Of a stretch of DNA of 22,597 nucleotides, positions 1 through 6,373 are shown one piece after another (the first letter of the stretch is position 1; each line of letters opens with the position of its first letter). Source of the stretch: Desulfosoma sp. (GTDB lineage Bacteria > Desulfobacterota > Syntrophobacteria > Syntrophobacterales > DSM-9756); assembly GCA_037481835.1 (NCBI GenBank), contig JBBFKW010000024.1, positions 4,502 through 27,098 of the forward strand, read 5' to 3'. The notes under the pieces are model-generated. The model made no database searches. It saw only the letters and a program-made list of their open reading frames with translations, and was not told where the DNA came from. The position numbers were made by a program, and so were the translations under genes.

Positions 1-565
1 TGGCAAGGCTTTGTTCGGTGCGTGTCTGGGCCTGGGCGAGTTCTTCGAGTCGCCGTTCGGTGCGTTCTTGAGCTTCGGCGAGCCGGTCGACGCGTTCGGT
101 CAGAGTGGCAAGGCTTTGTTCGGTGCGTGTCTGGGCCTGGGCGAGTTCTTCGAGTCGCCGCTCGATGCGTTCTTGAGCTTCGGCGAGCCGGCCGACGCGC
201 TCGGTCAAGGCGGTGAGGTGCTGCTCGGTGCGCTCTTGGGCTTCGGCGAGGCGGTCGACGCGCTGGGTCAGAGTGGCGAGGCTTTGTTCGGTTCGTGTCT
301 GAGCCTGGGCGAGTTCTTCGAGTGGCCGTTCGATGCGCTCTTGAGCTTCGGCGAGCCGGTCGACGCGTTCGGTCAAGGCGGTGAAGTGCTGCTCGGTGCG
401 TTCTTGGGCTTCGGCGAGGCGGTCGCCACTTTCGGTCAGGGCACGAAGACTTTGTTGGGTTCCTAGCTGGGCCTGGGTCAGTTCCTCCAGGTGCCGTTCG
501 GTCCGTCCTTGGGCGTCGGCGAGGCTTTGGAGGGACTGTGCCGTAAACTCCTGGGCGGCGGCAAG
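1..565 (-). repeat. Intragenic tandem repeats built from 42-bp and 63-bp modules (higher-order periods 105 and 168 bp)
   Basis: tggc(a/g)aggctttgttcgg recurs at 1, 106 and 274. The protein modules are 14 and 21 aa long and all begin LAxAQ/LTxAQ. Confidence 0.92.
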
Positions 566-724
566 TCTTCTGACCGCGTTCACGAGGTCGTCGAATTCCG
601 CTCGAGTGACGGATTCTTCCCTCGGCTCTTTTTGACTCGCCATTTCCTCCATGATGGCGAGAAGAGCGTCTCGAAGCGTGGGATCCAACGCGCTGAGTTT
701 TTTCATCAAGGCGACGGAAGGCAT
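1..724 (-). CDS. Coiled-coil repeat protein (LAEAQ-R-TE repeat type, often annotated 'chordopoxvirus fusion protein'/DUF3782-like); 5' part only, runs off the window edge
   Basis: Manual translation from ATG at 724: [81 protein letters not shown]...[48 protein letters not shown]. Open for 241 codons with no stop in the window, which is why the ORF track misses it. GGGGAG SD about 10 nt upstream. Confidence 0.85.
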   Translation of the reverse strand, partial: MPSVALMKKLSALDPTLRDALLAIMEEMASQKEPREESVTRAEFDDLVNAVRRLAAAQEFTAQSLQSLADAQGRTERHLEELTQAQLGTQQSLRALTESGDRLAEAQERTEQHFTALTERVDRLAEAQERIERPLEELAQAQTRTEQSLATLTQRVDRLAEAQERTEQHLTALTERVGRLAEAQERIERRLEELAQAQTRTEQSLATLTERVDRLAEAQERTERRLEELAQAQTRTEQSLA

Positions 725-772
725 GTCCGCGGCTCTCCCCTACGGCCGTCTTGTCAAGGCATCCTTGCCCAA

Positions 773-800
773 AGCATAACAAATTCCAAAAACTCGGCAA
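773..800 (-). promoter_or_regulatory. Putative sigma70 promoter of the coiled-coil gene
   Basis: Minus strand reads TTGCCG-16 nt-TATGCT with a TGn extended -10, in an AT-rich patch about 50 nt upstream of the ATG. Confidence 0.5.
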
Positions 801-804
801 TCCT

Positions 805-834
805 CATGGGGCCCCCTCGGGTGGAGGCCCCATG
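805..834 (-). terminator. GC-rich hairpin downstream of mgtE
   Basis: CATGGGGCC...GGCCCCATG inverted repeat about 20 nt after the mgtE stop; no clear U-tract. Confidence 0.4.
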
Positions 835-855
835 GCGGGGCCGCAACGGGCGGGC

Positions 856-2241
856 TCAGATCCCGAGAAGCATTTTGGCCGTTGAAAAGTAGATCATGAG
901 CCCGGTGATGTCCACGATGGTGGTCAAGGCCGGGCTTGCCACAACGGCGGGATCCAGTTTCATTTTGGCCGCCGCCAGGGGCAGCAGGGCGCCGATGAGT
1001 GTGGCCGTGACGACCTGCAATCCCAAGGCTACGGCAATGGCCGCCCCGATCTTGGCCAGGGAATAACCCGCCGGGATTTCGCTTCCCCGGGAAAGAAACA
1101 TGACTTTGGCCCACGAAAGAATCCCCAGGACCACGGCCAGGAGAATGGCCACGTTGAATTCCTTCCAAAGAACCCGGAACGTGTCTCGAGGGGACACTTC
1201 CCTGAGGGCCAAAGCCCGCACGACCACCGTGGCGGCCTGGCTTCCCGTGTTGCCGCCCGTGTCGGCCACCATGGGCATGTACAGCGCCAAAATGAGAAGC
1301 TTCGTGAGGGCGTCTTCGAAGCTGTGGATGATGAGCCCTGATACCAGCCCCAGGGCCGCCAGGCCGACGATCCAGTAAGCGCGGTTCCTGAAATGCACCC
1401 AGGCCGGGGTTTTCAGGTATACGCCCGCTTCATGGCTGCCGGCGATGGCCATGAGTTTTTCCATGTCCTCCGTGTGTTCCTGAGTGATGATGTCGATGGC
1501 ATCGTCGTGGGTGATGATCCCCACCAGGGCGTCCCCGCCGTTGACCACAGGGAGCGCGATGAGGTCGTATTTTTGGATGATCCGGGCCGCGTCTTCCTGG
1601 TCGTCGTCCACGCGGGCGAAAATCACGTCGCGATGCATAATGTCCCGGATCTTGGCGTCCCTTCGGGCCAAGATAAGATCCCTCAAGGACACGAAGCCCA
1701 ACAGACGGCGCTGCGCATCCACCACGTAGGCGTAGTAGATGGTTTCCTTGTCCGGGGCCACTTCCCGGAGGCGCTCGATGGCTTGAGCGGCCGTGAGGTC
1801 CGGCGACAGGGTGGCGTAATCGGAGGTCATGACGGCCCCCGCCGTGCCTTCCTTGTAGGCGGCCAGTCGGCGGATGTCTTCCCGTTCCGCCTGGGCCAGG
1901 GCGGGAAGCACCGATTCCTGGAGCTCCTCGGGCATGCGTTTAAACAGGTCCACCCGATCGTCGGGGGGCATGTCGGAGAGAAGCCGTGCCATCTCTTCGC
2001 GGCGCAACGTCCGGATGACTTCCACCTGGAGGTCTTCGTCCAAGTGGCTGAAGATTTCGGAGCGCTGGGGGGAGGGCGTGTGCCGAAGAACGGCCCACAC
2101 CTCGGCGGGCTCCAAGGCCGACAAACCTTCGGCGATGACGGCCGGGTGGGCCGTCGCACAGTACTCTGCGATGGCCTGGGAGTCCCCTGAGGCGATGAGG
2201 TGCTGCAGGTCGGATGCAATGAGCGGATTTTTGTTCGTCAT
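856..2241 (-). CDS. mgtE: Magnesium transporter MgtE
   Basis: 461 aa. MgtE N-domain (MPPDDRVDL), CBS pair (TAGAVMT, ETIYYAYVVD, KYDLIALPVV, GIITHDD), TM motifs GGNTGSQ and DPAVVASPALTTIVD. GGAGGT SD. Confidence 0.97.
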   Translation of the reverse strand: MTNKNPLIASDLQHLIASGDSQAIAEYCATAHPAVIAEGLSALEPAEVWAVLRHTPSPQRSEIFSHLDEDLQVEVIRTLRREEMARLLSDMPPDDRVDLFKRMPEELQESVLPALAQAEREDIRRLAAYKEGTAGAVMTSDYATLSPDLTAAQAIERLREVAPDKETIYYAYVVDAQRRLLGFVSLRDLILARRDAKIRDIMHRDVIFARVDDDQEDAARIIQKYDLIALPVVNGGDALVGIITHDDAIDIITQEHTEDMEKLMAIAGSHEAGVYLKTPAWVHFRNRAYWIVGLAALGLVSGLIIHSFEDALTKLLILALYMPMVADTGGNTGSQAATVVVRALALREVSPRDTFRVLWKEFNVAILLAVVLGILSWAKVMFLSRGSEIPAGYSLAKIGAAIAVALGLQVVTATLIGALLPLAAAKMKLDPAVVASPALTTIVDITGLMIYFSTAKMLLGI

Positions 2242-2296
2242 GGTCCACCTCCCGCTGAGCTGCCGCGGAGCCCGCCGCGTGCCCCGGAGGTGAACC
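2242..2296 (-). promoter_or_regulatory. Hairpin sequestering the mgtE Shine-Dalgarno
   Basis: In the mRNA, GGUUCACCUCC (2296-2286) pairs with GGAGGUGGACC (2252-2242): 11 bp with one G-U, ending right before the AUG. Inner CGCGG/CCGCG stem. Confidence 0.7.
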
Positions 2297-2302
2297 GGCG
2301 GG

Positions 2303-2434
2303 CTAGGCTCGGGAGGAAGCCCGGAGGATCACGGACTGAGGGGAACGGGGCAGGCGTCGCGACGGATGTTTTTCTCCGAAAGGCCCATGCAGGCCCCGCT
2401 TCGGGCAACTTGGGCTGCCATCGGCGTCGGTCAT
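2303..2434 (-). CDS. Putative mgtE leader peptide (43 aa, 6 Pro)
   Basis: GGAGG SD 8 nt before ATG 2434. MTDADGSPSCPKRGLHGPFGEKHPSRRLPRSPQSVILRASSRA*. The stop lies 6 nt before the anti-SD arm. Confidence 0.4.
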   Translation of the reverse strand: MTDADGSPSCPKRGLHGPFGEKHPSRRLPRSPQSVILRASSRA

Positions 2435-2581
2435 GAAAAAAGCCTCCGTGTTCTGGAAAACAAAGGGGCTCCCGCTGAGCACCCAAACGCCGCTTCTTCT
2501 GCCACAGCAAGCGTCTCAATTCAATACTTTTTCTCGAGGCCGAATTTTTTTCTTGACCGGCTGAAATTTTTCGGTTCCTAT

Positions 2582-2596
2582 GTTAACACTATGAAC
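2582..2596. promoter_or_regulatory. Putative MarR operator 1, overlapping the marR start codon
   Basis: GTTAACACTATGAAC, an imperfect palindrome (GTTnAnAnTnTnAAC). Its exact reverse complement occurs at 3087-3101. Confidence 0.65.
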
Positions 2597-3067
2597 GAAA
2601 AGGCGAACCGATCCGACGACTACTTTGCGTATCAGGTGCGGCGTTTTCAGAGCCTCATGGAGGAGGTGGTCCAGTGCTGCGAAACGCGGGCGGCCTATCT
2701 TTCCAAGAAATTCGGCCTTCCCGGCGCGGAACTGCGCGCTCTGATGCTCTTTCGCGAGGACAAGTATCTGACCGTCAAGGGGATCGCCCTGAAGATGGAT
2801 GTGGCCAAGAGCCGCGTGACCAAGATCGTCGCCGGCCTGCTGGAAAAGGGGCTGGTGAGCCGCATCGACGACCCGGCCGACGGGCGCATCAAGCTCATCA
2901 GCCTGACCCCCGCCGGTCGGGCCGCGTGCGATGAAATCTCCGCCTTTATCGCGACCCTTCACGAAATGATCCTCCGGGAACTGGACCCGGAAGAGCGCAA
3001 ACAGGTTCTGACGGCTCTGGAACGGTTGCGCACGAGCATGGAAGCGGTGAAAGAAAGGATGTTTTAG
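2591..3067 (+). CDS. MarR-family transcriptional regulator
   Basis: 158 aa from ATG 2591. wHTH signature LTVKGIALKMDVAKSRVTKIVAGLLEKGLVSRIDDPADGRIKLISLTPAG. No SD and TATGTT 6 nt upstream, so possibly leaderless. Confidence 0.92.
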   Translation: MNEKANRSDDYFAYQVRRFQSLMEEVVQCCETRAAYLSKKFGLPGAELRALMLFREDKYLTVKGIALKMDVAKSRVTKIVAGLLEKGLVSRIDDPADGRIKLISLTPAGRAACDEISAFIATLHEMILRELDPEERKQVLTALERLRTSMEAVKERMF

Positions 3068-3086
3068 AGTTTTTTGGCTCCTTATG

Positions 3087-3101
3087 GTTCATAGTGTTAA
3101 C
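3087..3101. promoter_or_regulatory. Putative MarR operator 2, just upstream of the dsrE2-like SD
   Basis: GTTCATAGTGTTAAC, the reverse complement of 2582-2596, followed by gAAAGGAGG. Confidence 0.65.
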
Positions 3102-3115
3102 GAAAGGAGGCGTTT

Positions 3116-3673
3116 ATGACGCACGATTTGGCGACGGTGGAAAAACAGGTGGCGGAGATGCGGGCCCAGCTGGAATCACTCCAGAAGAGGGTTCCGTCCA
3201 ACAAGCTTTCCATGGTGGTTTTCAGCGGCGATCTGGACCGCGCCTTGGCGGCCTTCATCATTGCCACGGGCGCCGTGGCCATGGGGATGGAGGTGGTCAT
3301 GTTTTTCACCTTCTGGGCCACGCCGATTCTGCGCGACCCGGCCAAGAAGGTGGAAGACAAGGATCTCATGGGCAAGATGTTCGGCACCATGCTGCCCAAG
3401 GGAGCCTGTTCCGTGAAGCTTTCCAAGATGAACATGGGCGGCTTGGGCACGGCCATGATGAAGAACCTCATGAAGCAGAAAAACGTGGCCAGCTTGGAGC
3501 AAATGATCGCCTTGGCGGGGGAACTGGGCGTGCAGATTTACGTGTGCGAGCTTTCCATGGAGCTCATGGGGTTCAAGCGCGAGGAGATGATTCAATACCC
3601 GTCCATGGATTTTTGCGGGGTGGCCAAATTCCTGGAAGAAGCCATGGACAGCCGCGTGCAGCTTTTCATCTAG
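3116..3673 (+). CDS. DsrE2/DrsE_2-type (DsrE/F/H-like) sulfur-transfer protein
   Basis: 185 aa. VFSGDLDRALAAFIIATGAVAMG, MFFTFW, LSKMNMGGLG, conserved Cys in VCELSMELMG, C-terminal LFI. Strong SD AAAGGAGG. Confidence 0.9.
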   Translation: MTHDLATVEKQVAEMRAQLESLQKRVPSNKLSMVVFSGDLDRALAAFIIATGAVAMGMEVVMFFTFWATPILRDPAKKVEDKDLMGKMFGTMLPKGACSVKLSKMNMGGLGTAMMKNLMKQKNVASLEQMIALAGELGVQIYVCELSMELMGFKREEMIQYPSMDFCGVAKFLEEAMDSRVQLFI

Positions 3674-3744
3674 ATCCCCGGCCCCACGGGGGGCGAGGGG
3701 GAAATCGGGGACGTGTTCCCGCAACAAGAAAGGGAGGATGGATC

Positions 3745-3987
3745 ATGAGCGAGGCCGTTCGAGCAGACAAGGTGATGGATTTGAAGGGGCTTCCGTGTCC
3801 CATGCCGGTGGTGAAGGTGAGCAAGGGGATCAAGGACGTTGCGGTGGGGCAGATCCTGGAAGCGCAGACCACCGATCCGGGCTCTCTCACCGATTTCCCC
3901 GCCTGGGCCCGGACCAGCGGCAATGAAATCGTGGACACCATCCAAGAAAACGGGATCATCAGGATTTTCATCAGGCGAAAAGTTTGA
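3745..3987 (+). CDS. tusA: TusA/SirA-family sulfur carrier
   Basis: 80 aa from ATG 3745 (SD GGGAGG). DLKGLPCPMP (CPxP motif), TTDPGS, DFPAWAR. Confidence 0.92.
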   Translation: MSEAVRADKVMDLKGLPCPMPVVKVSKGIKDVAVGQILEAQTTDPGSLTDFPAWARTSGNEIVDTIQENGIIRIFIRRKV

Positions 3988-4101
3988 GTCACGGCACGGC
4001 CTGAAAGGCCCGGCGCGCGCTCCTTTCCCCTTCGGGGGCAGGGGCCCCAACCGGGCCGAAAGGCCGGGGTGCGCGCGCCCCAAGAGCCGGAAGGGGGATC
4101 C

Positions 4102-4812
4102 ATGCAGACCGCCTACTATCTGATTCTGGTTCCCATGGTGTATGCGGCTTTCGCCGTTTTTGTCTTGGGCACGGCGGTGCGTCTCATCCAGACGGCCCGC
4201 CGGCCCCCCCACCCGACGACATTGCAGATCTTCCCCAAAAAAGAACCCGCGTGGCTGTATGCCGTCGCGGACACGTTTCTCATGCCGTCCGTTCTTCGCC
4301 ACACCCCCGTCCTGTGGTTCTTCCTGGCCGTTTTTCATCTCGCGGTGCTCCTGCTCATCATCGGGCATCTGGAGCTTTTCGGGGATTGGGCGGTTTTCCA
4401 AGTGGTGCCCCATGAAGTTTTCCTGGGCAGAGGGTTCGTGGGCCTGGCGGCGGCGGTCTCCTTGCTCTATCTCCTTGTGCGCCGTTTCCACGCCCCGGTT
4501 CGGGACCTTTCCGTACCCGAAGACTATTATCTCTTGATCCTTCTTTTCCTCACGGTCATTTTCGGAAGCCAGATGGATTGGGCCCGTCGTTGGTACGACT
4601 ACGACGTCATGGGTGTGGGCGCCTACCGGGCCTACCTCTGGAGTCTCGTCACCTTCAAGCCTTTCGTGCCCGACGAAATCCTCTATTCGGGCCATGCCTT
4701 CATGCTGGTGCTCCACGTCTTTTTCGCCAACCTGTTTCTCATGGTCTTTCCCTTCACGAAAATGATGCACACGTTCTTGGCCCTGCCCATGAACCTCTTG
4801 AAGCGAGGGTAG
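4102..4812 (+). CDS. NarI/DsrM-like di-heme b membrane subunit
   Basis: 236 aa from ATG 4102. About 5 hydrophobic helices and four His in the NarI/DsrM pattern: FHLAVLLLIIGH and LHVFFANLFLMVFPFTKMMH. Also LVRR...VR..S.PEDY. Confidence 0.88.
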   Translation: MQTAYYLILVPMVYAAFAVFVLGTAVRLIQTARRPPHPTTLQIFPKKEPAWLYAVADTFLMPSVLRHTPVLWFFLAVFHLAVLLLIIGHLELFGDWAVFQVVPHEVFLGRGFVGLAAAVSLLYLLVRRFHAPVRDLSVPEDYYLLILLFLTVIFGSQMDWARRWYDYDVMGVGAYRAYLWSLVTFKPFVPDEILYSGHAFMLVLHVFFANLFLMVFPFTKMMHTFLALPMNLLKRG

Positions 4813-4814
4813 TC

Positions 4815-6077
4815 ATGGACCTGCAAACAAGAGAGGATCTCCTCAAGCTTTTCCAGACCAAGCTCAACCGGGCCATGGTGTACTACCTGGAAACGTGCAC
4901 CCGGTGCGGGGTGTGCACCACGGCCTGCCACGTGTACCAATCCATGCCGCAGGCCCGATACATCGCCGCCTACCGCGCGGAAATCGTTCGGCGCATCTAC
5001 AAGAAATATTTCAAGGGCCAGGGGAAGGTGTGGCCGGCTTACGGGGAAGCCAAGGAACTGACCGAAGCGGCCTTGCAAGAGCTCTACGATGCGGCCTACT
5101 CCTGCACGGGATGCCGGCGCTGTATGGTCTATTGCCCCTTCGGGATCGACACCCAAATGATCATGTCCATCGCCAAGCTGCTCCTGGTGGGGGCCCATGC
5201 GGAACCGGAAATCCTGACCCTTCTTGCGGATACGTCCATCGAAAAGGGGCGTTCCCTGGAATTTTTCAAGGAAGGGTTCCTGCAAGGCGTCAAGAACCTG
5301 GAGCAGAAGGTTCTCGAAAAATGGAAGATGGAGGCGGAAGGCAAGACCGTCATTCCCGTGGATGTGGAAGGAGCCGACCTCCTTTATGTCGCCTTGGCCG
5401 GCGCCCATTCCATCATTCCAGCCGCGGCGGTCTTCAACGCCGCCGGAGAAAACTGGACTTTGAGCTTCTTCGAAGCGGTCAATTTCGGTGCCTTCGTGGG
5501 AGATCCGACCCGAACCAAGCTCATCCTCGATCGGATTGTAAACGAAGCCTTGAGGCTCAAGGTCAAGGAAGTGTGCATCTGCGAATGCGGCACGGCCTAT
5601 CGCGTCATGAAGCAGCTTTCCGGCACCCAGCCCTTTAAGGTGTCCTCGGTGACCGAAGTCCACGCGCGGTATCTGCGCGAGGGCCGTATTCGGGTGAGTA
5701 AGGAAGCTTTCCGAGGGCAGGCGGTCACCTACCACGATCCTTGCCAAATCGCGAGAAACGGCGGTATTTTGGAAGAGCCCCGCTTCATCCTTCAGCATCT
5801 CACCGACGACTACCGGGAAATGGCTCCCGATCCCCGTTACAACTACTGCTGCGGCGGCGGGGGCGGCTTGGTGGCCCTGGGCGAGGATACCCTGGATTTT
5901 CGCATGAAATCCGCAAGGGTCAAAGCCGAACAGGTCCAAAGAACGAAAGCGACCCTTTTGGCGACCGCCTGCGAAAACTGCCATACCCAGCTGAGCGACC
6001 TGAATCGGCATTACGGCTTGGGCGTGAACGTCCAGTTTCTCACTTCCATGGTTGCCGACGCTTTGGTTGTGTCCTGA
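4815..6077 (+). CDS. DsrK/HdrD-like Fe-S, CCG-domain heterodisulfide-reductase-type catalytic subunit
   Basis: 420 aa from ATG 4815, 2 nt after the previous stop. Ferredoxin motifs CTRCGVCTTAC and CTGCRRCMVYCP; CCG-domain motifs ECG, YHDPC, CCGGGGG, ACENC. Confidence 0.9.
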   Translation: MDLQTREDLLKLFQTKLNRAMVYYLETCTRCGVCTTACHVYQSMPQARYIAAYRAEIVRRIYKKYFKGQGKVWPAYGEAKELTEAALQELYDAAYSCTGCRRCMVYCPFGIDTQMIMSIAKLLLVGAHAEPEILTLLADTSIEKGRSLEFFKEGFLQGVKNLEQKVLEKWKMEAEGKTVIPVDVEGADLLYVALAGAHSIIPAAAVFNAAGENWTLSFFEAVNFGAFVGDPTRTKLILDRIVNEALRLKVKEVCICECGTAYRVMKQLSGTQPFKVSSVTEVHARYLREGRIRVSKEAFRGQAVTYHDPCQIARNGGILEEPRFILQHLTDDYREMAPDPRYNYCCGGGGGLVALGEDTLDFRMKSARVKAEQVQRTKATLLATACENCHTQLSDLNRHYGLGVNVQFLTSMVADALVVS

Positions 6078-6373
6078 GGCGGAGTCCTCACGGTTTTCCT
6101 TCGGGGGTCGACCGGCGTTTGGAAGCAGGGACCTTCGGTGCGCAAAAGAGGCGTGCCGGAGGTCCGCCGGCGTCCGGTCTTGTGCAAAGGGGCACGAAGT
6201 GAACATGTGCTGGAGCGACGCAAAGGGGGTCGGGCGTTCCGCCACGGCGCCGACCCCCTTGGGGGCGCCGACGTCGCCAGGGAAAGGAGGTGCATGGGAC
6301 CAAGGCACGGAATGAGGTGAGGGGGGAGTGTTTCGGCCAGCGTATCAGAAAGCGCACATCAAAAGGAGCAACG

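Noticed and set aside
11..466. Plus-strand repetitive 151-aa ORF
   Set aside because: Antisense shadow of the minus-strand coiled-coil gene, which has the SD and promoter.
1..565. Repeats as a CRISPR array
   Set aside because: There are no unique spacers. Unit lengths are multiples of 21 bp and encode a continuous coiled coil, and no cas genes are present.
2242..2520. M-box (ykoK) riboswitch upstream of mgtE
   Set aside because: I could not recognise M-box consensus elements or a terminator by eye; an Rfam scan is needed to exclude it formally.
2366..2590. N-terminal extension of MarR given in the ORF track
   Set aside because: It overlaps the AT-rich divergent promoter region and the mgtE leader; ATG 2591 gives a typical MarR length.
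3985..4101. The tusA TGA is in frame with the DsrM-like gene with no intervening stop and is followed by a hairpin (possible selenocysteine readthrough or fusion)
   Set aside because: TusA ends at its normal length and no Cys-equivalent is expected there. The linker is structured GC-rich sequence, the downstream gene has its own purine-rich SD and ATG, and an open in-frame gap is a likely chance event at this GC content.
6180..6260. GACGCAAAG resembling the c-di-GMP-I riboswitch core
   Set aside because: The upstream GGCAAA/GNRA-capped stem and the downstream tetraloop receptor are not present.
4683..6308. 541-aa minus-strand ORF and similar long antisense ORFs (for example 18138-19379 and 9052-10140)
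   Set aside because: Shadows of well-supported genes on the opposite strand, expected from GC-rich codon bias.
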